The notes beneath the pieces were generated by a model that did no database searches, was not told the DNA's origin, and was given only the letters and a program-made list of their open reading frames with translations. This document shows, one piece after another, positions 1 to 9,517 of a DNA stretch of 64,000 nucleotides (the first letter of the stretch is position 1; each line of letters opens with the position of its first letter). Source of the DNA: Eledone cirrhosa (taxonomy: Eukaryota); NCBI GenBank assembly GCA_964016885.1, contig OZ024741.1:157790001-157854000 (forward strand). Reading direction: 5' to 3'. The position numbers were made by a program, and so were the translations under genes.

Positions 1-70
1 TTAGTTTGCTTTGTAACAATAGTATATCCAAGTTTTCATATAAATCAACTTACTTTAACTTTGACTCATT

Positions 71-1090
71 TCAATTGGACCCTTGAGCTTCATGGAGTCT
101 AGCTAACTCTTTGACGTGAGGCTGAATTTTCCTAAGATGTAGCCAGAGATCTCCACGTGTAATTACATTGTAGCGGTTGCGAGCCTTACTGTGCAGTCTG
201 GAAACAACACCAAACCTCCTCTCGACTAAGTATGAGCTTGGAAAAGGCAGAGCAAATTTCTTAGCCTCTGCATGTAGGTGTGGAAATCAACGCTGAATTT
301 CCTCTTGCATCCCAAAAAGGGGTTCACCTATTTTGGGAAATCTAATTTTGATCATGTCATCTGCTTGAAGTTCAATGAATTCTTCCTGAAATTTAACGTC
401 CAAATCGTCGACGTTAGCTATGAAAGCATCTGCTATCCACATTGGGATGTCCATCGGCAAAAGGTCGACAAACCGTTCTCTCATGTTGTCTTGTAGTGCA
501 CGGAGGTGAGTGGTATAAATTTAGAGTTGGTCATCGCTTACAATGTTTTGAACATTGGCGACACTAGGAAAATTATAGAATTCCCATCAACAAAGATTCC
601 TTTCGATGACATTCAATTTGGCCAGGAATGTTTTCACAGCATTCCTTGCTTTAAGCAAGGTGATCTTCTTCCCCTGCAAAGCCAAAATGACGCTATTGCA
701 TTTGTCGAAGATGTTGGTGAGGTAGGCGCAGTCTTGCCTCACATCGCAAAAACTCAATGATAGTCGAAGAGTTCAAAGAAGTGAGTAAAGCACTTGCCCT
801 TTGAAAGCCACCTCACTTCAGTATGAAGGAGCAACTTGATGAATTCTTCGTCATTATCTTGGCACAGTTGCTGGAAAATTCGTTCATTGAGGGAATGCCG
901 TTTGATAAAATTGATGACATCAATGGCCACCTGCAAGGACTTGCTCAGCGGCTTGCTGAATTTCTTCGCAGCCAAGTGTTGTCGATGAATGACACAATGA
1001 GCAGCAAATACAGATAAATTTTCTCTCTTCAGAAGAGTGACGAAGCCCTTATGTTGGCCGACCATTGCTCTTGCGTCGTCCGTAGCACAT
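71..1090 (-). pseudogene. hAT/Buster-family transposase C-terminal half, frameshifted
   Basis: Recognisable motifs: ATDDARAMVG (second catalytic D region), HCVIHRQHL (CxxH) and HTEVRWLSKG in ORF 754-1065. The C-terminal PSSYLVER..RNRY...GDL...HEAQGSN* ends at 71. Confidence 0.88.
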
Positions 1091-1100
1091 GATACAATGT

Positions 1101-1460
1101 GTGTTGTATTTGGTCCTAGATGTATGTATTACCTGCCTGTGTGTTGTAGGTAGTCCTAGATGTATGTATTGCCTGCTTATGCATTGCATGTGGTCCCAGC
1201 TGTATGTATTACCTGCTTGTGTGTTGTATGTGGTCCTAGATGTGTGTATTACCTCCTTATGTGTTGTATGTGGTCCTAGATGTTTGTATTACCTGATTAT
1301 GTGTTGTATGTGTTCCTAGATGTTTGTATTACCTACTTATGTGTTGTATGTGGTCCTAGATGTATGTATTACCTGCTTATGTGTTGTATGTGGTCTTAGA
1401 TGCGTGTATTACCTGCTTATGTGTTGTATGTGGTCCTAGATGTGTGTGCTACCCGCTTCT
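1101..1460. repeat. 40-bp minisatellite, 9 copies (GTGTTGTATGTGGTCCTAGATGTATGTATTACCTGCTTAT)
   Basis: Exact 40-bp periodicity visible from 1101 to 1460. Confidence 0.95.
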
Positions 1461-2231
1461 GTGTTTTCTTTCTTTTTTTTTATTTGTAATATTATTTATA
1501 CAATAGGGAATAAAAATAGATCTACATAGTGTTAACTCGTTACGGTTGAGTCAATAATTTCAGACATGAAATACATCGTTATCGGTGAAGGAAAGATAAG
1601 ATTCTAACTGGCTGCGCTCAAAGTGTCCTTTGACTCGTATGACTGTGTGGGTTTTTTCCTTTTTAGGATCTCAATTACCGGTTAATGTCTAGACACGCCT
1701 GCACACCTGCTCACAGCTGCGGTCAGACTATAGTTATGCAGTCTGCAAGCTCATTCAAATGCATTCACACTGGCTGTCTCAAAGACATACAAATATGGCT
1801 TATAAAACTTACCAAAGTAAAGAGTCTTCCAGCGCCCCCTAGACCCCCCTCCCATCAAGCTCCAAACGCCCCCCTAATGCGACCTTTCTCCCAAACGCCC
1901 CCCTGGAGTTCCGAAACGCCCTCTGGGGGTGCATATGCTCCCCGTTGAGAACCTTTGATCTAGAGAAAGCTTCTGACAGAATTCCATGATCTCTTATCTG
2001 GTGGTCCTTAAGGAAACTAGGTGTAGATGTATGGCCTGTGAGAGCAGTGCATCTATTCCATCTACCAAATTCCACTCACAAGGCATTGGTCAACCCAAGT
2101 CTGTAGAAGTAATTTGTCCGAAGTGCCATGCTGTGGAACTGAACCCAAAAGCATGCAGTTGTGAAGCCAACTCTTTAACCACACAGCCATGCCTGTATCT
2201 TTATTTAATTTCTTTTATTTGATCTGTGTAG

Positions 2232-2371
2232 CTGAAATGCATCGCAGCTTGTCTCATGGAGTTGAAATGAAGAAGAATGCCATTGAGAAATTGACGAGGG
2301 AGTTGGATGAAATGGAGAAAGATGCCAAATTGAAGCTTCTCGACATTGAAAATGCCACTGCAGAACTCAAT
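2232..2371 (+). CDS. ITSN1: Intersectin exon, coiled-coil region (EMHRSLSHGVEMKKNAIEKLTRELDEMEKDAKLKLLDIENATAELN)
   Basis: tag acceptor at 2229-2231 and gtaagt donor at 2372; phase 1->0; heptad-like E/K/L content. Confidence 0.8.
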
Positions 2372-2385
2372 GTAAGTAGCTGTAT

Positions 2386-2495
2386 CTGGCATCATCAGTA
2401 TCATCCCCCTCATCATCACTACAACCACAACCACCATCATCACCAGCATTACCACCATCATTATCACCAATACCATCATGATTACCATCACCACA
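2386..2495. repeat. Degenerate (CAT/CAC)n intronic microsatellite
   Basis: catcatcactacaaccacaaccaccatcatcacc... lies downstream of the 2372 donor. Confidence 0.8.
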
Positions 2496-2721
2496 TCTTT
2501 ATATATTAATAATGGAGCTTGAGCGAGGTTTTTCATCATTTATTTTTTCTCTTTTATTTCTTGAAACACATGTAAGATAAATGTCTTAAATTTCTTCATC
2601 TTAGATTTCCATCCATATATATATATATATGTATGTAAAAGGTAAACAGAAATAACAACACAATCGGTACAGTATAAGGAAGGGATATATTAGGTTATTG
2701 TTTGATGTAGCAGGAAGAGGG

Positions 2722-2757
2722 TCTTAATGTTTCTGACGCTAGTCCTTCATCAGAAGA
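2722..2757 (-). ncRNA. Degenerate minimal hammerhead-ribozyme motif in a Penelope pLTR relic
   Basis: Minus strand reads UCUU-CUGAUGA-AGGAC-UAGC-GUCA-GAAAC-AUU-AAGA: core boxes, a GAC/GUC stem II and a UCUU/AAGA stem I, with two apparent inactivating substitutions. Confidence 0.5.
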
Positions 2758-3509
2758 AAGAATGAGAAATAAGATAGATTGAGAGGACGGGCTGGTTGGA
2801 ATTGGGAAAATGTCTTAAATAAAAATAACAGGTCCATTCATGTTGACATCTCGTATATAATCATCTGTACTTTGCATAGTTTTGGTAATGTTTTACTGGC
2901 TGGATGCCCTTCTTATCATAAACCACTTTACAGTGTGGATTGGATGCATTATTCATTCCACCAGCACTAGAGAGGTTGTCTTACTGGATTGAAGGGTCCT
3001 GCCTACCCTGTATCAGTGTTTATTGAGAGTGACTGCTCTCCTAGACGGGTTGCCTACACTTCAGCTTATGGAACCCATGTCTACCTCATGCAGTTGTTTT
3101 ATTTGGAGCCACTGCCCTCCTAGAAGGGTTGCTTTCTAAATGGCTAACGGAACCCCCATCTGCTCCATGCTGATTTATTTTATTTGAGTTTCGGGTTGTT
3201 GGCCTCCTAGCCTGGCTTATGGATACGTCTGTTCTGTTCAGTTTTTTATTTTGTAACTGCTCTCCCACACGGACTGTATTCTCCAAATTAAAGAGCCCTC
3301 ATCTTTCCCAGGCAATCGTGTTTAAAATATTTATTCTGAGTGACAGTACTCCCATTGGGGCTACCAAACATATCATATGGAACTCTCGTCCATCATTCCC
3401 ATTGTAGTTGGGATCCGCATGGTGAACTACCATTGTGCGTATCACACCGGCAGAAAGCTGTACTGGAAGGTGGTTGTAATATATATATATATAATTGTTT
3501 TCTACCCAG

Positions 3510-3622
3510 GGATTGAACAAGCAAGTAACAGAACTACAGAGTGACCTAATGAAGAAACTTCAACAGAAGAAGAATGTTTCGAAACATTCCAGACCAGAAA
3601 AATTAAAGGAAGGAATACAAAG
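3510..3622 (+). CDS. ITSN1: Intersectin exon, end of coiled coil (GLNKQVTELQSDLMKKLQQKKNVSKHSRPEKLKEGIQ)
   Basis: cag acceptor at 3507-3509 and donor gttggc at 3623; phase 0->2 joins both neighbours in frame. Confidence 0.75.
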
Positions 3623-5261
3623 GTTGGCAACAGAACAATATATTTTGCTATACTATTCTCTTATTCTTTTACTGTCATGGAACTACACACAACAGGGTAA
3701 TAGTAGTACTAGCTAGCTAGTTACATATCTACCTACCTAACTGTAAGCTAGTTATACACATGCATGCCATGGAACTACATATAGCATAGCAGTAGTTAAT
3801 ATATGTACTATTGGTTTTCTTTTTTTACCAGTTGGAGTCATTAAACTGCAGCCATGCTGGGGTACTTGTCCTAAAGAGGATTTTAGTTAACCCTATCGAC
3901 TCTAGTACTTTTTTTTTTCAATCCTGGTATATTTATCAATCTCTCTTTGTGGAGCCATTAAGTTAAAGGACACATCATCCTCATCACTGTTTAATATCTA
4001 TTATCCATGCTTGCATGGGTTAGACAGGTTGTCACGTTATAAGGCTAACCAAGCCAGTTGACCATGTCTTGTTCATACACTCTATTTTTGGCCTAGCTTT
4101 CCACAGCTAGAAGCCCTTCCTAATGCCCACCACATTGCTACATGTACTGGGAGTTTTTTTGTGGCACAACCACTACCAGTCTGCAGAGTAGACTGTGCTT
4201 TGGCACCATTTTACTGTGTAGATAGGGTTCTTTTTTTTCGTGGTGCCCGTATAACCACCTTACAGGGTGCTCTGGGTTCTTTTTGTTAACACTGGTATGA
4301 CCATCTTATAAGATGGACTGAGAGCTTCTTCGTGTGGCACTAGCTCTACCACCATACAAGGGTTGACTGGATGTTTTATCATGTCACCGGTGCTACCTTA
4401 TTATGACATTTGTATGCTCGTTGTGATTTTGGTAAGATGAGAGAGCTACCATCAGGCTAAGAGAGGTTGGCATCCTACAGTGGGAGAGTAATTGATGAGT
4501 CATGGGTGTAGCCTTGAAGAGAGTGAGGTGTGCTTGGCAGTATATTGTAGAATGTATCCAGCTCTCCATGCATGCATGTGTTAGAAGGGCACAGGCTATA
4601 TGCCATTTGGCAGAGAGACATCCAACCATGGGAGAAGGAAGAGCAGGGTCATGAAGGTGACCCTGAAGTAAGTGGGTGGTGTCTGACATATTGTGGAATG
4701 TGCTTGGTTTTCCATGTTGGACAGGAAAGGTAAGTCAATGAGCCTATGAAATTACAACTAAATCTTGTCTTTTCTCATCCTACCCCCTCCCTTATTAAAG
4801 AGGACAAAAAGGCAAAATAAAAAAAAATCATTATAAATGTAAGAATGACCCCTCAATGTGGTTGCTCGACCTACTAGAAATAGCAACAAAATCTTTTAAA
4901 TCACAACCTGTTGTCTTAATAGAGAAAGGACATATTAACCCTTTTGATACCAACCCAGCCAAAACCAGGTTTGGTGCAATGAAACAAAACCATCCATTTT
5001 AAAAGATTCCAATTTAGATTAAAATCTTTCAACATAATTTTATATAAGAACTATATGTTAAGTTATATCTTAGTAATGAAATAATTAATAATTTGTGTAA
5101 ATCTAGATTTTCATTCAAAATATGCTCACAAAGGGGTTTGTTGTCTCAACAAACTCATATTTTTACAAACCAATGATATCCCCTAAAACTCTCTAAATTG
5201 TTGTATATCATTTGTGAAAGTAACTTTGTAAATAATTTTTCATTCCTTTCTTTATTTTCAG

Positions 5262-5287
5262 AAGTAGTTTAGAAGAACCAATTCAAG
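5262..5287 (+). CDS. ITSN1: Intersectin 26-nt microexon (R-SSLEEPIQ-E)
   Basis: Long polypyrimidine tract plus ttttcag acceptor and AG|gtaagc donor. Phase 2->1 is exactly what is needed to link 3622 to 6696. Confidence 0.8.
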
Positions 5288-5339
5288 GTAAGCAATTTTT
5301 GCCATCGTTTTTTTTACTAATTCTTCCACTTTCCAACAT

Positions 5340-6230
5340 TTTAAGTTTGTGAGGCTAAGAAGCATGTCCTAGAGAGAACCAGAAAGCTGGTGCTGGCTGG
5401 CGCCCATGACTAAAATTCCTTCTATCTGAACTTTAACTCAACCACAAACATCTCGCAAGCCACACACTGTCCCTGTTGGTCACTTTGTACCAAGGTCACA
5501 TAATTGTTTCTACTTTAGGCACAAGGCCAGCAATTACCCAGTGCATTACTGGTACTTTATTTTATCGACCCCCGTAAGGATGAAAGGCAAAGTCAACCTC
5601 GGCGGGATTTGAACTCAGATCGTAAAGGGACGTAACTATACTGGAAAGCATGGCATCCGACCCTCTACTGATACTGCCAATCCATTGTACCAAGGTCACA
5701 TAATGACTTCTCATTTCCTCCTTCTTTACATGGTTGACTACTGCGACCATTTTCTCTTTCTGATTCATGGCATAGTATGGTCGGAATTCAGAATTTCCAA
5801 GGAATTTTCTGTTGGCCTGTATGGAACCTAGTATATCTTCATATCTTAGAGAGACCACACTTCCGATTCCATCTGTTTTCTCCCAGTTTTGAGCCAGATT
5901 GAGGAGGGATGGAGGATTTGATCATTTAAGTAGTGCAATGTCACCACAGTCCGCACCTTACCGCACTTGTACTGCTCGACTATTGATAGGATAGGTAATT
6001 CTATTGGACCACCATTCTTGTACAGCGCCACACATACATAGCTTTATGGCAATTCTAGTCACTTGTGAATATAGATATTACATTTCCAGCCAATCATTTC
6101 ACCACATATGTCGCCACTGCAGTCTGAAGAACAGTGTAAAATTGCATGCATCAGTACTTGAACTTGCCTGGTTACAATGTTCTGTCTATTGTTGAAAGTT
6201 CATCCTCGGTCATCTTCTGGATTTTACTAC
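5340..6230 (-). mobile_element. Decayed non-LTR retrotransposon fragment, HERO-like (RLE type), split by a SINE
   Basis: ALYKNGGPIELPILSIVEQYKCGKVR...LKTGRK...SLRYEDILGSIQANRKFLG resembles the post-RT region of HERO-clade elements as I recall it; not searched. Confidence 0.55.
5505..5684 (-). mobile_element. tRNA-derived SINE (family A) with 20-bp TSD
   Basis: TTGTACCAAGGTCACATAAT is duplicated at 5485-5504 and 5685-5704. A-box TGGCAGTATCAGTAGA and B-box GAGTTCAAATCC are on the minus strand. Other copies lie at ~33957, ~51334 and ~60427. Confidence 0.9.
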
Positions 6231-6695
6231 CCTCACCTCTATCAAAAAAGTAAGGCATGCAGTGCCCTGGTTTCTCTCTCTCTCCCACCATTTAGTTTCA
6301 CTCTCCAACAGGTGATCTATATGATGTATTATATATTAGTATGTGCCTGTAGGTATTCATCAAATATATGTTCTATCATGGCTGACTAGTGTGTGTTTCA
6401 TAAGAAATATGACCAGTAGATGGTCATTAAATGAATGGCCGTATTATAGTGAGTGGGTTTTAATTATGATTTTAATAGGTATTTGTATTTTGTGTGAGAT
6501 GTTTATGAATAGTTTAATAATAATAATGAAATTATTGTGTACAATGCTCAGGTGCACTACAACGGTTTTAGGTTTGTATAATTTAAGTTCTTAGTAGCGT
6601 TGTGTAAGAAAAAAATTATATATATCTCAGTTTTCTTTGTATTTTTTTCTAAAGATGTAAGATGTTTTAATGTTTTTTTATTTATTTATTTTCAG

Positions 6696-7010
6696 AGATC
6701 ACCGAAGGTAAACAAGAGGGGTGGTTCAATGCAGACTTCAGTTCTATGGCTAACAATAATACTGAGCAGAAGCAACAACCTCAGCAGCAGCAGGAACAAG
6801 AGCAACAAGCTGTTAGTGATGTAGGCTGGGATGCATTTGGTAACCAATCAAGTGAAGCTGTCACTGAAGATACATGGGCAGCTGATGTTACAACAACAAC
6901 AACAACAACAACAGAAATAACATCTGCTGCTGCTGCTACTACTTCCACTACTTCTACACCTACAATTATTACTACTACTACTACTGCAGCCGACTCTAGA
7001 CAAGCTAGTG
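6696..7010 (+). CDS. ITSN1: Intersectin exon, low-complexity linker before SH3A (Q/T/A runs, WDAF motif)
   Basis: ttttcag acceptor and G|gtaggt donor; 315 nt, phase 1->1, open frame (ORF 6746-7120). Confidence 0.8.
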
Positions 7011-7661
7011 GTAGGTTATATTTGTATCAGCCTGTCCCTTCTTTCCATCGGTTACAATTTCGTGAAATCATTGGTGTTATTTTCAATCAATATGTCATTT
7101 CCGAGTGTATATATATATGAGTGTGTGCATGCATGTGTTCACGTGTATATATATATATATAGAGAGAGAGAAATAGATATAGGCATTAAGGAGGACATCC
7201 AGCCATAGAAACCATGGCAAATCTGAAATATAAGAGCCTAGACATGGTTTTCTAACCAACTAATGCCAGCATGAAAAGCAAACATAAAATGATAATGATT
7301 ATATGTGTGTATAGATATGTAGTGTAATATTCAACAAGTGGTAAGATAACTCTGTCCATTGAAGAATTGTATGGTTAAGTTACAATATTACACAAAATTT
7401 GTTTAGGTTACCTGTTGGTTTCATGCTGAAGTCAGACCTTGAATTGTATTAACATACACCGTGGTTGGCATCACATTTTTTCAGACCTTATTGTGTTTAC
7501 AATATGGCTGCAACAAACCATGAAAATGTATGGTATTTGTGTGAGGAGGAAGGAAAGACATTGTAGAGCAGACAACTATTGCATTCTATATTGGTGAGTT
7601 GTTGCCCCTGTAGGGCTATAGAAGTTTAGTGAGTGAATACCTGGCTAATGAAATATATATA

Positions 7662-7947
7662 CAGTAGAACCTCAGTTCGCGAAATTAATTTGTTCCTGAA
7701 GGCCATTCATCACCCGAAATGTTGGTAAACAGAAACTATTTTTCCCGTCCAAAATGTTGAGAGAAACTGTATGACAGACAGATAGATATCACCATAGTAA
7801 CTAACTATACAGCAATTTAAGCTTTCCTGCCAATACTCCCAGCTTGTCACCAACCATTGTTGCTGGCTTGCGTGTTTGTTACTTGAGACACCGAGACATG
7901 TTCGGAAAAATGGTTCGTGATGAGAGGCATTTGTGAACTGAGGTTCC

Positions 7948-7951
<4 letters not shown>
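7662..7951. mobile_element. pogo/Tigger-type MITE
   Basis: TIRs CAGTAGAACCTCAGTTCGCGAA ... TTGTGAACTGAGGTTCCACTG; preceded by TA. Confidence 0.8.
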
Positions 7952-7990
<39 letters not shown>

Positions 7991-7997
7991 ATATATG

Positions 7998-8311
7998 TGA
8001 TGTGTTGTTTCCTTGAGCAAGACACTTTATTTCACATTGCTCCAGTTTACTCAGCTGTAGAAATGAGATGATAGGACTGGGGTCCCTATCATTCCACTGC
8101 AAAGTGGACATGTAGGTGCCACGGAAAAAAAGCACCCAGCACTCAGTGTAAATGAGGTTGGTGTTAGGAAGGGCATCCAGCTGTAGAAATCAAGCCAGAA
8201 TCAGTTCCCGGATGAGCGAGACAAAGTCAGCCGACCAGACACTGCCCACAACAGGACAACCCGTCTAACCCATGCTAGCGTGGAAGAACGGAGGTAAAAC
8301 GATGATGATGG
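7998..8311 (+). mobile_element. CORE-type SINE (family B), 5'-truncated, with an RTE-derived 3' tail
   Basis: Near-identical to 27917-28250: CCTTGAGCAAGACACTTTATTTCAC...CAGCTGTAGAAATGAG core, GGTGTTAGGAAGGGCATCCAG and a (GAT)n tail. Confidence 0.75.
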
Positions 8312-8650
8312 TGATATCACAGAAAAAAGAGAATCAGTGTTGCGACGAAAGGAATTTATTGGACATATTACAATTGTTTCTCGGGTGACCAGCTCGAGGC
8401 ACGATCGATGTGGTGATCAAACCTGACTCTGAAGTCGTGCGGTCCTCGGATTCGTCTCGATTCTACGAAGCAGATTTTCGTATCGTTCGTGCCTCGAGCT
8501 GGTCGCCTGAGAAACAATTGTAATATGTCCAATAAATTCCTTTCGTCGCAACACTGATTCTCTTTTTTCTGTGATATCATACTGTGCTCTACGAGGGCAT
8601 CGAGTGCTCATACGGCTTACCGCATACGGGTGCTTTAAGCATCCAACACC

Positions 8651-8653
<3 letters not shown>
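8312..8653 (+). mobile_element. Penelope-like pLTR relic with an inverted partial copy (~98-bp arms)
   Basis: 8312-8409 is the reverse complement of 8482-8579 with ~3 mismatches. It contains GAAACAATTGTA, also seen at the PLE 3' end at 61770-61790, and ends at (AT)n. Confidence 0.6.
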
Positions 8654-8691
<38 letters not shown>

Positions 8692-8696
<5 letters not shown>

Positions 8697-8745
8697 ACTG
8701 TTTTAACTTGATACACAATGATCAAGTTGATGATGATAACATAAT

Positions 8746-8782
<37 letters not shown>

Positions 8783-8839
8783 AAGATTATGTTATCATCA
8801 TCAACTTGATCATTGTGTATCAAGTTAAAACAGTTTGAA
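8692..8839. repeat. Perfect 57-bp inverted repeat around an (AT)n spacer
   Basis: 8692-8748 is the reverse complement of 8783-8839. Confidence 0.95.
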
Positions 8840-9305
8840 AGGCAATCCCAGTAGGTCTGTCTCCTTAGGTGATTAGTGGTACAAAGGATGGGTTTTTTTA
8901 TCATGAAAAGTTGGTACATTCTAATATGAGGACAGCATGGAAAGGTAGTCTAATTAAGTGATGTGTATGTATATATATGTATATGTATGTATATATATAT
9001 GTGTGTGTGTGTGTGTATCTCTATATGTATGTATATATATGTGTGTGTGTGTGTGTGTGTATCTCTATATATATATGTATGTATGTATATATATGTGTGA
9101 AAGTATATACATATGTAGGCATGGTTTAGTTAAGAAGTTAGCTTCACAGTTATGAAGGTCCAGTTTCACCCCTACTGCATGATATCTTGGGCACATGATT
9201 GATCCAAACCTTATGATGTGAAATTGGATGGACTGTACTTGTACTTTAAAGGTCCAGTCTTGTTACACGCAGAGTTATGTTGATTTTGTTTGAAAATTAC
9301 ATTAA

Positions 9306-9517
9306 CCCTTTAGCATTTAAACCGGTCATAACCGGTCAGAATACTCTCACCTCTTTCTGTTTATACCAGCCCTAACTGGCCGCTCATACTGATGTTAAGG
9401 TATTGTTCTCAAAATAAATAGTATCAAAATCTCATAGATTCAATATTATGTAAGGTAATTATGTGAGATAAAGGCTGTACTATGAAAATACAATAGTAAA
9501 TATAGAATGCTAAAGGG
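9306..9517. mobile_element. piggyBac-type MITE (TTAA TSD)
   Basis: TTAA|CCCTTTAGCATT ... AATGCTAAAGGG|TTAA. Related copies lie at ~17434-17646 and ~33565-33803. Confidence 0.8.

Larger units (their letters stand above)
1..1957 (-). mobile_element. Internally deleted hAT (Buster/Charlie-type) DNA transposon; its 3' terminus lies left of the window
   Basis: The minus-strand end at 1957 reads CAAAGGTTCTCAACGGGG, a Charlie/Buster-like TIR. It is followed on + by the 8-mer atcTAgag (1958-1965), which fits the nnnTAnnn Buster target preference. A transposase remnant lies at 71-1090. Confidence 0.75.

Noticed and set aside
1101-1460. 40-bp and 23-bp (57284-59190) arrays as CRISPR-like loci
   Set aside because: They are head-to-tail units with no unique spacers, no cas genes and a eukaryotic intronic context.
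2372-2509. His-rich C-terminus of ORF 2189-2509
   Set aside because: It lies after a strong gtaagt donor and is an intronic CAT/CAC microsatellite.
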